Shown: piece by piece, positions 10,935-18,509 of the stretch
Layout: every line of letters starts with the position of its first letter
Numbering within the stretch: position 1 is the first letter of the stretch
Assembly: GCA_049424145.1 (NCBI GenBank)
Contig: JBMSSC010000015.1
Coordinates: 1-31,556 of the forward strand
Source: Bdellovibrionia bacterium
Lineage (GTDB): Bacteria; Bdellovibrionota; UBA1018
Direction: 5' to 3'
DNA length: 31,556 nucleotides
Position numbers and translations under genes: made by a program
Notes under the pieces: generated by a model
What the model was told of the DNA's origin: nothing
Seen by the model: only the letters and a program-made list of their open reading frames with translations
Databases searched by the model: none

Positions 10935-12819
10935 GGGTCACCTTTTCTTGCTGAGAGGCCTCAAGCTTCAGATGAATCATCAAGGCCGCAACAGCAGCGG
11001 GGGTCACTCCCCCCATGCGAGAGGCTTGACCAATGGTCTCAGGCCGGGTTTTCTTCAGCCTGCCTCGAATCTCACTGGAAAGCCCGGCCACTTGATCAAA
11101 ATCTAAGGATTCTGGAATTTTAAGGCTCTCGTTCTTCCTCATCCCCTCTAAAAGCTCAAGGTCCCGCCGAATATAACCCTCGTATTTCACCTGAATCTCC
11201 ACTTGCTCGCGAACCGTAGGTGAAACGTCCCCTGCTAAAAACCCCAGCTCCAAAAGAGCGTCCCAAGTGATCTCAGGCCGTCGTAAAAACACCTCAGCTG
11301 AGACCCGATCCTTCAACGGATTCATCCCCCTTGCCTGCACCCAAGCATTCGTCTCAATCGTGGGATAAACATGAAATTGATTCAGCTCTTTTTTCCAGTG
11401 CTCCACTTGCTCCATCTTTTGGGTGAACCGAGCAAACTGGGCATCACTTAAGAGACCTAACTTCCAGCCCATCTCACTGAGCCGGGCATCCGCATTATCT
11501 TCCCGAAGCAAGAGACGGTATTCCGCCCGAGAAGTGAACATGCGATAGGGCTCATCAGCGCCTTTAAGCACCAAGTCATCGGCCAAAACCCCCATGTACC
11601 CATCCATTCGAGAGAGAACCATGGGTGCTTTCTCTTGAACCTGCAACGCTGCATTGACTCCGGCAATCAAACCCTGCGCCCCAGCCTCCTCATAGCCTGA
11701 GGTTCCATTGATCTGACCCGCAAAAAACAGCCCTCGATAGTCCTTCGATTCAAACGTGGCACGCAATCGTCTTGCGTCAATGCAATCATACTCCACGGCA
11801 TAGCCAAATTTCGTGAACTGGGCTTGCTCTAGGCCCTCAATGGACCTCACAAAACGCTCTTGGACGTCCCTGGGAAGACTGGTGGAGATCCCATTCACAT
11901 AGATCTCATCCGTTGTGAGCCCCTCAGGCTCTAAAAAGATCTGATGTCGCTCGCGCTCGGCAAATCGCTTCACCTTATCTTCGATCGAAGGACAGTAACG
12001 AGGCCCCACCCCTTGAATCACTCCCGTAAACATGGGAGAGCGCGAGAAATTCTCCGCAATCACCTCATGAGTCTTGGGATTCGTATAGGTAATATGGCAG
12101 GAAACCTGCGGCAAAAGAGGAAATCGCTCCGGCTCATAGTAAAACGAAAACGGCACCGGGTTCTCATCTCCCGGTTGTTCCTCGAGCCGACTCCAATCAA
12201 TGCTGTCGCGGTGCAGCCTGGGGGGAGTCCCCGTTTTCAATCGCCCCAACTCAAAGCCCAGCTGTTTGAGACTCAAACTCAACCCGACTGAGGCTCGATC
12301 CCCTAACCTCCCCCCCTCGGTCTGCTCAAACCCCACATGCATGACACCCTGTAAAAACGTGCCTGAGGTGATCACAACCGTACGAGTCCGAATGACACTG
12401 TCATCGGCAAGCCTCACGCCGCAGACTTGGGTGCCCTGCGTTAAGATTTCCATCGCTTCAAGCGGAAGGATCGTAAGACCCGGCAAAACCTCCAAAAACT
12501 CTTGCATGCGCTGAGCATATAGCGCCTTATCACACTGGGCTCGAGAGGACCGCACGGCTGGCCCTTTACTGGAATTGAGTCTTCGGTACTGAATCGCAGT
12601 CTTGTCGGTATTCATCCCCATCACACCGCCTAAGGCATCGATTTCCTTAATGAGCTGACCCTTGGCAAGCCCACCCATGGCCGGATTACACGACATCAAA
12701 GCAATTCTTTTTTTATCAAGAGATAATAGAGCCGTTTTACATCCCATGCGCGCCGCAGCGTGAGCCGCTTCACACCCTGCATGCCCGCCTCCAATCACCA
12801 CTACATCAAAATCCAGCAT
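10921..12819 (-). CDS. mnmG: tRNA U34 carboxymethylaminomethyl modification enzyme (GidA)
   Basis: GGGHAGCEAA, MSCNPAMGG, RLKTGTPPR, GPRYCPSIEDK, AGQINGTSGYEEA and YRMFTSRAEYRL motifs. Confidence 0.99.
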   Translation of the reverse strand: MLDFDVVVIGGGHAGCEAAHAAARMGCKTALLSLDKKRIALMSCNPAMGGLAKGQLIKEIDALGGVMGMNTDKTAIQYRRLNSSKGPAVRSSRAQCDKALYAQRMQEFLEVLPGLTILPLEAMEILTQGTQVCGVRLADDSVIRTRTVVITSGTFLQGVMHVGFEQTEGGRLGDRASVGLSLSLKQLGFELGRLKTGTPPRLHRDSIDWSRLEEQPGDENPVPFSFYYEPERFPLLPQVSCHITYTNPKTHEVIAENFSRSPMFTGVIQGVGPRYCPSIEDKVKRFAERERHQIFLEPEGLTTDEIYVNGISTSLPRDVQERFVRSIEGLEQAQFTKFGYAVEYDCIDARRLRATFESKDYRGLFFAGQINGTSGYEEAGAQGLIAGVNAALQVQEKAPMVLSRMDGYMGVLADDLVLKGADEPYRMFTSRAEYRLLLREDNADARLSEMGWKLGLLSDAQFARFTQKMEQVEHWKKELNQFHVYPTIETNAWVQARGMNPLKDRVSAEVFLRRPEITWDALLELGFLAGDVSPTVREQVEIQVKYEGYIRRDLELLEGMRKNESLKIPESLDFDQVAGLSSEIRGRLKKTRPETIGQASRMGGVTPAAVAALMIHLKLEASQQEKVTHGAS

Positions 12820-12826
12820 GACAGGG

Positions 12827-12856
12827 GGGATACCATTACCTGTGCTAAGCCGTCAA
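12827..12856 (-). promoter_or_regulatory. Candidate leaderless promoter of mnmG
   Basis: TTGACG-N18-TATCCC with a TGn extension; the ATG follows 7 nt after the -10 box and there is no SD. Confidence 0.45.
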
Positions 12857-13127
12857 CTGCTGCCTCAACCTCCGCGCCCAAACCGAGCCAACCGTGAAAG
12901 AAACACAATTGGCACAATCTCAAGCAAACAAAATGGGAAGGCCTCACCCCCTTCATCCAATCAAAAGGTCTCCCCCTATCCCAAATCAACGCTCTACCTC
13001 TGTCATCATCAAGGCCAGTTTGATCCCAGGTGAGAAACGCTGACTCAACCGTTCTCATGAGCGATCTCTGAATTGAACGTTTTATTGCATTTGTTTTAAA
13101 AAATTAGGAAATTTTCCGCTTTTTCCC

Positions 13128-13155
13128 TTGCATCTCAGCGGTTTCAGATTATTAT
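13128..13155 (+). promoter_or_regulatory. Candidate sigma70 promoter of the island operon
   Basis: TTGCAT (13128-13133)-N16-TATTAT (13150-13155) in an AT-rich leader. Confidence 0.4.
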
Positions 13156-13195
13156 CCGGCTATTTTTATTATTTCTAAATTATGGAATTTTATAA

Positions 13196-14995
13196 ATGTC
13201 CTATTCTTATCCCCTCGCACCTGAAAAAGTTCCGTTTGCTCCATTTCTGATGAACCTGTCTAGAAAATTGGCCTCCGCCTTCATCCTGCTTTTTTTCGCT
13301 CTCATGGCTCTCTCACCGGTTCAATGGTCTTTCCCAACCCAAGCGCATGCGGGCACAGCAGCCAATTTCCCACCGGGAACTCAGGAAATTGTCTTGGAAT
13401 GCTATGCAAAACGACGTGGAAATGATCCAGACTCAACCTGGGGAGCTCCGCACCATCGACCTGAGTCTCACTGCGCCAAGATCTGGGAAGCCCCTGAAAC
13501 AGGAAGTCCCTGGGCCGTCCTAATTCAGGACGTCCGCATCACTAGTCGAAACCAAGAAGATGTCACCCAATACTCCTTTCACATCACTCCTTCTACCCAA
13601 AATGTGAAAAAAATTGAACTCTCAGCACACGCGAATTACTCCAACGGTTTCAGGGGACTCTTCATTAACCCTCCTTCTTCCTGGATTGGCGTTCGGGCAT
13701 TCATTCGCCTAGCGCCTCATGCCGACACCCTTCCCTCTTTCTATCAAGAGATTGCAACTGCCATGAACCATGAACACAAGCAACGCATCCTAAAGGGCCA
13801 ACGAGACGAGCTCTCACAGCGACTCCATGACATTGACGAAGCCGAGCCAGAGCTAAGAGGTCAAATCATCACCAAAACCAACCAGATCATTGACTTATTT
13901 AACCAGAATCAACTCGATCTGACCCAAGCAGTCGCAGCGCTTTCACGGGAGCAACAGAGATATGAACGAGGCATGAAGCGTGCACGCTTTCATCTGCTTG
14001 ATCTCCAGCACCACTGGAACGACCCGATCAACAAAAGCCTACATGAAGACTTAAGACGCCTCCAAATCACCCCGGTAGATCCCCAAGCTCAGCTCCTTTT
14101 AGACGATCGCCTGGAGTACCTCTCTGAACTCCAAAGTGCGATGTCCCAGGACATTCAGTCTGCAATGCTCGAGCTTGCTCCTGCTGGGCTTCAACGCACC
14201 AGCCCTCCCCTGATTGCCCTAAATCCCTTGAATTCAAGTGACTTTGCAACTGTGTGCTTTTTTCAGAGCAACCCGTTCGTTGGGTGCTTAGAAATCTACC
14301 GATTCATGGGCGATCAGTACTGCAAAGAAAGTGCTCCCCCAACTCACACACACCTGCAAATGGTCGTGGATTACGATCAATGGCGTAATTTATTTCATGA
14401 AAAAAAATACACCGGAGAGTGCAAACCTTTTCGGCTCCTGGAAGACCCAAATGAGCCTGAAGAACTGGAGCAAACCCCTCCTCCACTTATGCCCAGCCCC
14501 CTTCTCACGCAAACCCTCCCCGAACTCCATCAATCCGCCGCAACTGAGGCTTTAGAAGCCTCTGCAGTGGCTCCTGAACAAGCTGTAAGTCTTCGGGTTC
14601 CAATCTACAAAACCGAAGGCGGCAGGAGAGTCCTCAACCACTACGAGTATCGGAGACAAATCTCAAACCCCATTCTAAGGACCTTACCCAAGAAGGCCGC
14701 TCAACCCAACCATAGGAACCCTAAAACTCAGCAGCAAACCCGAATTCTCCCCTTCATCCCACTGACTTCAGGCTCACTGCAGGCTCCCAATGGGCTTGAA
14801 TCCTCTGGAACTGAGCCCTCCTTCTTTCCGAGAAACTCCGAGCCCACCCAAGACGGATTCGAATTTAACGCCTCATTTTTACCAGAACCCCCAATCCTTC
14901 CCTTACTGCCGCTAGGCATCTCCCCGATGCACTCAAACCCCGGTGAAGTCGATGATATTTCTAGACTCCTGTCTCAGGGATCTTTTTTTAAATAA
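13196..14995 (+). CDS. Hypothetical exported protein (signal peptide, small Cys-containing N-domain, coiled coil, Pro-rich tail)
   Basis: 599-aa ORF. Likely start ATG 13250 gives MNLSRKLASAFILLFFALMALS...AHA|G, a signal-peptidase-I-type leader. No family recognised. Confidence 0.75.
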   Translation: MSYSYPLAPEKVPFAPFLMNLSRKLASAFILLFFALMALSPVQWSFPTQAHAGTAANFPPGTQEIVLECYAKRRGNDPDSTWGAPHHRPESHCAKIWEAPETGSPWAVLIQDVRITSRNQEDVTQYSFHITPSTQNVKKIELSAHANYSNGFRGLFINPPSSWIGVRAFIRLAPHADTLPSFYQEIATAMNHEHKQRILKGQRDELSQRLHDIDEAEPELRGQIITKTNQIIDLFNQNQLDLTQAVAALSREQQRYERGMKRARFHLLDLQHHWNDPINKSLHEDLRRLQITPVDPQAQLLLDDRLEYLSELQSAMSQDIQSAMLELAPAGLQRTSPPLIALNPLNSSDFATVCFFQSNPFVGCLEIYRFMGDQYCKESAPPTHTHLQMVVDYDQWRNLFHEKKYTGECKPFRLLEDPNEPEELEQTPPPLMPSPLLTQTLPELHQSAATEALEASAVAPEQAVSLRVPIYKTEGGRRVLNHYEYRRQISNPILRTLPKKAAQPNHRNPKTQQQTRILPFIPLTSGSLQAPNGLESSGTEPSFFPRNSEPTQDGFEFNASFLPEPPILPLLPLGISPMHSNPGEVDDISRLLSQGSFFK

Positions 14996-15016
14996 AACTC
15001 AAGGAACCCATCTCAA

Positions 15017-16567
15017 ATGACTACAATTATAAAAAATCGGATCCAAAAAAATCCCCTCAGAATAAACGGTCTGACGAGCCTCCTTCTCATGGTGATGAAC
15101 CTTCAGCTGGCCTATGCCGGTAAAGACTGTCCCACCTCCTCCCACTATAATTATGATTTATTGGGAAAGTCTCACTGCCCGAACTGTGAAAAACCAGCTC
15201 CCCCACCGGCAGCCGACGAGTCTGATGACACACCCTCCTGGCGCAAACACTACGAGTCCACCTATGAGCGCTGGAAACGAGAGGAGGAAGGTCGATATTA
15301 CGTCATTCCAGAGCCAGACCCCAACGACGAAATGGCACAATTCGGCAGAGCGTGGTTTTTCGGCGCCAAAACAGCAGATCCAAATCCCACGAAAGATCAG
15401 ACAGTACCCGAGCGCATTACTTTCCCTGATATCAAGCAAGTCGCACAACGAATTGAACAGGAAACTCTCGAACATCAAAAGAAAACTCAACAAGCCTCTG
15501 AAGAGCTCGAGAAAGAAAAAAAAGCACATGACGCCTGCATAAAAGACCTTGCCGAATCCTTTCAGGACCAAAAAAAGTTCTTTGAAAAAAGCAAAGCCAT
15601 CAAAGAGAACATTCGGGAGCACCTCACCCACATTGACCCGAAAGAGGCCAATGCCCTCAACCGCGCCATCACGGGATGGGATTACCGCAAGGCCAGCCCT
15701 GAAATGATTGCAGCAGCCTGCTCGGCTGAGAATCTTGCACAAGCCAGCGCCTACTACGAGGAAAAAGCATCAGAAACCCTTCAAGCCGCTCATGAAATCG
15801 CCAAAGAGGCTTTGGGATTAAGCCTACATGAACTCACCTCTGCAGCAAAAGCCCTGGTTCGTCCCTCAGAGATGGAAGCAATTGCTCACTCCATTGAGTA
15901 TGCCGACATTGCCCGAGAGCTCGCATTAGCCTTAGTCGACGTGGGCACCTCGGTCACTCCGGGCGTCTCCACTGCCCGCGATGCCTACGAGCTCATCACG
16001 GGAAAAAGCCTCATCACAGGAGATGAGCTTTCTGATCTTGATCGAACTCTAGCTGGATTAAATCTCGCCACTTTAGGCATTGGACACGTCGCTTCAGGAA
16101 CTCTGAAAGTGGCTGAAAAAATCGGTCATCTCGCTGCAGCCAATCAACGAATTGGAGCCATCGAGCACGGACTTGAGTCCTCCATCCGCTCTGCCGAACA
16201 CATCCTGGAATCGTCTATCGTGCCTGGGGGAGCAAAAAATCGGGCAGCTCATGAACACTTTTTAAAAGAGATGAGAGAAGCAATGGAACGTCCTCACGTA
16301 GAAGACCCAAAGTTGTTCAATTTCATGAAAAATCAGTATCGCCGAAATGCAGAGATAGGAAGTGGAAGCACTGCTGCTGCCATTCGACATGAGCTGACCT
16401 CAGGAGACTTAGTGAAAGGAAAAACGCATATTGAAAAGGGTCAAAATGATGTAAGAGGATTGAGACACTGGTTGAAAGAGAATCCAACTGCTCGACCAGG
16501 CGATCGAGCTGCGGCCGAAAATGTCTTGAAAGACCTCGTCGATTCCCTTGGAGATTTAGCGCCATGA
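15017..16567 (+). CDS. Polymorphic toxin: Sec-type signal peptide, coiled coil, pre-toxin TG (PT-TG) domain and C-terminal helical toxin domain
   Basis: N-terminus ...LLLMVMNLQLAYA|G. PT-TG motif TPGVSTARDAYELITGKSLITGDELSDLDR at ~15920-16078. C-terminal YRRNAEIGSGSTAAAIRHELTSG...THIEKG segment resembles tips of Rhs/CdiA-type toxins. ATGA-coupled small gene downstream. Confidence 0.85.
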   Translation: MTTIIKNRIQKNPLRINGLTSLLLMVMNLQLAYAGKDCPTSSHYNYDLLGKSHCPNCEKPAPPPAADESDDTPSWRKHYESTYERWKREEEGRYYVIPEPDPNDEMAQFGRAWFFGAKTADPNPTKDQTVPERITFPDIKQVAQRIEQETLEHQKKTQQASEELEKEKKAHDACIKDLAESFQDQKKFFEKSKAIKENIREHLTHIDPKEANALNRAITGWDYRKASPEMIAAACSAENLAQASAYYEEKASETLQAAHEIAKEALGLSLHELTSAAKALVRPSEMEAIAHSIEYADIARELALALVDVGTSVTPGVSTARDAYELITGKSLITGDELSDLDRTLAGLNLATLGIGHVASGTLKVAEKIGHLAAANQRIGAIEHGLESSIRSAEHILESSIVPGGAKNRAAHEHFLKEMREAMERPHVEDPKLFNFMKNQYRRNAEIGSGSTAAAIRHELTSGDLVKGKTHIEKGQNDVRGLRHWLKENPTARPGDRAAAENVLKDLVDSLGDLAP

Positions 16568-16962
16568 TTCAAGAAAAAGACTGTATGGAGGCCCTCCTCC
16601 AGGTTGCGCCAGAATTCAAAGCCAGGCTTGAAGCGCACCTTCTGGAGTGGGGTAGTGAATCCAATTTACACTTCCAAATGGCTGAGTTTTCCTACTTCAT
16701 CAAGGAAAAATTCAGACAGGGAGATTATTCCAATGCTCCGCAGGTCTTCGCTCGGATTGAATTTTTACTCTCAGGCCACAATGCATCCGAAAAGGTCAAA
16801 AATGCAGTCTGCACCTGCTTTTTAGAAAACTTAATCAACGCTTTTTCTGAAGAATTGAATCAACTCAAAATCTGGATTCCTCTTCTCGGCCCGGAATCTC
16901 GGGAGTATTGCAAAGCATGGGATCAATTTACGGGAGTCAAGACGCCTGGCTTGTGGGATTGA
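16564..16962 (+). CDS. Cognate immunity protein (helical, DUF7674-like), copy 1
   Basis: 132 aa, overlapping the toxin stop (ATGA); F-x-x-IE-x-LL...V-x-NA...FLENL...LGPES pattern. The family label is from recall. Confidence 0.8.
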   Translation: MIQEKDCMEALLQVAPEFKARLEAHLLEWGSESNLHFQMAEFSYFIKEKFRQGDYSNAPQVFARIEFLLSGHNASEKVKNAVCTCFLENLINAFSEELNQLKIWIPLLGPESREYCKAWDQFTGVKTPGLWD

Positions 16963-16979
16963 CGAGGTTGTTCAATTTC

Positions 16980-17222
16980 ATGGAAAGTCAGTATCGCCGA
17001 AATGCAGAGATAGGAAGTGGAAGCACTGCTGCTGCCATTCGACATGAGCTGACCTCAGGAGACTTAGTGAAAGGAAAAACGCATATTGAAAAGGGTCAAA
17101 ATGATGTAAGAGGATTGAGACACTGGTTGAAAGAGAATCCAACTGCTCGACCAGGCGATCGAGCTGCGGCCGAAAATGTCTTGAAAGACCTCGTCGATTC
17201 CCTTGGAGATTTAGCGCCATGA
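16980..17222 (+). pseudogene. Orphan toxin C-terminal cassette (duplicate of the last 80 aa of the toxin)
   Basis: MESQYRRNAEIGSGS...DLAP is identical to the toxin tip except K>E and N>S. It lacks the signal peptide and PT-TG. GAGG lies 12 nt upstream of ATG 16980. Confidence 0.75.
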
Positions 17223-17617
17223 TTCAAGAAAAAGACTGTATGGAGGCCCTCCTCCAGGTTGCGCCAGAATTCAAAGCCAGGCTTGAAGCGCACCTTCTGG
17301 AGTGGGGTAGTGAATCCAATTTACACTTCCAAATGGCTGAGTTTTCCTACTTCATCAAGGAAAAATTCAGACAGGGAGATTATTCCAATGCTCCGCAGGT
17401 CTTCGCTCGGATTGAATTTTTACTCTCAGGCCACAATGCATCCGAAAAGGTCAAAAATGCAGTCTGCACCTGCTTTTTAGAAAACTTAATCAACGCTTTT
17501 TCTGAAGAATTGAATCAACTCAAAATCTGGATTCCTCTTCTCGGCCCGGAATCTCGGGAGTATTGCAAAGCATGGGATCAATTTACGGGAGTCAAGACGC
17601 CTGGCTTGTGGGATTGA
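17219..17617 (+). CDS. Immunity protein, copy 2 (identical to copy 1)
   Basis: Identical 132-aa sequence, ATGA-coupled to the orphan tip. Confidence 0.8.
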   Translation: MIQEKDCMEALLQVAPEFKARLEAHLLEWGSESNLHFQMAEFSYFIKEKFRQGDYSNAPQVFARIEFLLSGHNASEKVKNAVCTCFLENLINAFSEELNQLKIWIPLLGPESREYCKAWDQFTGVKTPGLWD

Positions 17618-17720
17618 TAGACTGCAAACTCCTCTACTCGGAGTTGTAACCAATTTGAAGAACTCAAGCCTCACGGGAAGGGAACGCCGAATTTAAGCAC
17701 GAACCCCTGATAGCTCGGCC

Positions 17721-18053
17721 GTGACCGAACCGATTTTTACGAGACCTGGTAATCACAAAAATGTGCGAAGGATTTATCCGATTAAAATCATAGTTAACCT
17801 ACAAAAGATTGATCGAGTAGTCATTGATCCACATTATGAGAAAAAACACAAAGATCACATGAGTGATGAACTCATCCTTGCTTTAGTCGAGACCCTGGAT
17901 GGTCAAAGATTCATCCCAACTGGCTAGGTACCTTCGGGATTTAGTTACTATCGATTGGTTTGGTGTCAGCATCCAAAAGAAAACTATGTCGGTGTTATTA
18001 CAGCGTTTAGGAGACGTTATGGCAAGAAACATGAGATTCCCAGGAGCAGATGA
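17721..18053 (+). pseudogene. Probable type II TA toxin gene interrupted by an in-frame TAG (17925-17927)
   Basis: RRIYPIKIIVN...VVIDPHYEKKH...DELILALVETLDGQRFIPTG*VPSGFSYYRLVWCQHPKENYVGVITAFRRRYGKK...*. The frame stays open for 41 codons after the TAG and ends in a RelE/BrnT-like 'GVITAFRR' strand overlapping the HTH gene. The start may be GTG 17763. Confidence 0.6.
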
Positions 18054-18333
18054 GCTTCAAGAAATGAGACGTAAGGCCGCTCAATCTAAGGGTAGCGTTG
18101 TTATTCCGAAAGATGCAGACCCATTAGATCGCACCAAGTACGAACTTTGTCGTGCCTTTGTCGACTACCTCCTAGACCATCAAATCACCCAAAAACAATT
18201 AGCAGCTCGTATGAAAGTCAGTGAGGCACGAGTCTCTGAAATTGTTCACTATAAAATTCATCGTCTCACATTGGATCGACTTGTAAAATATATGGGACGA
18301 CTTAATCCTAAGTTTAGTCTCAAGGCTGCGTAG
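18019..18333 (+). CDS. XRE-family HTH regulator, probable antitoxin (HigA-like)
   Basis: ITQKQLAARMKVSEARVSEIVHYKIHRLTLDRLVKYM HTH. AGGAGA RBS at 18009-18014 before ATG 18019; the ORF-track start at 17899 is probably too early. Confidence 0.85.
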   Translation: MARNMRFPGADELQEMRRKAAQSKGSVVIPKDADPLDRTKYELCRAFVDYLLDHQITQKQLAARMKVSEARVSEIVHYKIHRLTLDRLVKYMGRLNPKFSLKAA

Positions 18334-18372
18334 TGTGGCTCTTCACGGTTGATGGTGGGTAGCAGATGAAAA

Positions 18373-18449
<77 letters not shown>

Positions 18450-18509
18450 AGAGGACAACCTCTTATCAGATTTTGATGCCCAGAGCGAGGGGATTTAAAA
18501 TCCAGACCC

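Larger units (their letters stand above)
16308..17617 (+). repeat. Direct tandem duplication with a 655-bp unit (16308-16962 and 16963-17617)
   Basis: Line-by-line comparison at offset 655 shows identity except A>G at 16309/16964, 16311/16966, 16328/16983 and 16332/16987. Confidence 0.95.

Noticed and set aside
12820..13195. oriC in the partly AT-rich gap upstream of mnmG
   Set aside because: No cluster of DnaA boxes (TTATCCACA-like) was found and dnaA is not adjacent.
12820..13195. att direct repeat of the tRNA-Arg 3' end bounding the island
   Set aside because: No copy of TGGCGTGCCCGAG was seen by eye, and there is no integrase.
16908..16979. N-terminal part of the 104-aa ORF 16908..17222
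   Set aside because: It is mostly an out-of-frame read of immunity copy 1 across the duplication junction; only the tip-derived part is meaningful.
16308..17617. Diversity-generating retroelement (TR/VR pair) suggested by adenine-only differences
   Set aside because: No reverse transcriptase or Avd in the window. The repeat is 655 bp, and the many adenines in its last 630 bp are unchanged.
17628..17648. Hairpin AACTCC-N7-GGAGTT after immunity copy 2 as a terminator
   Set aside because: Only a 6-bp stem and no U-tract.
17899..18018. 40-aa N-terminal extension of the XRE protein
   Set aside because: It overlaps the better-supported toxin frame, and a strong RBS points to ATG 18019.
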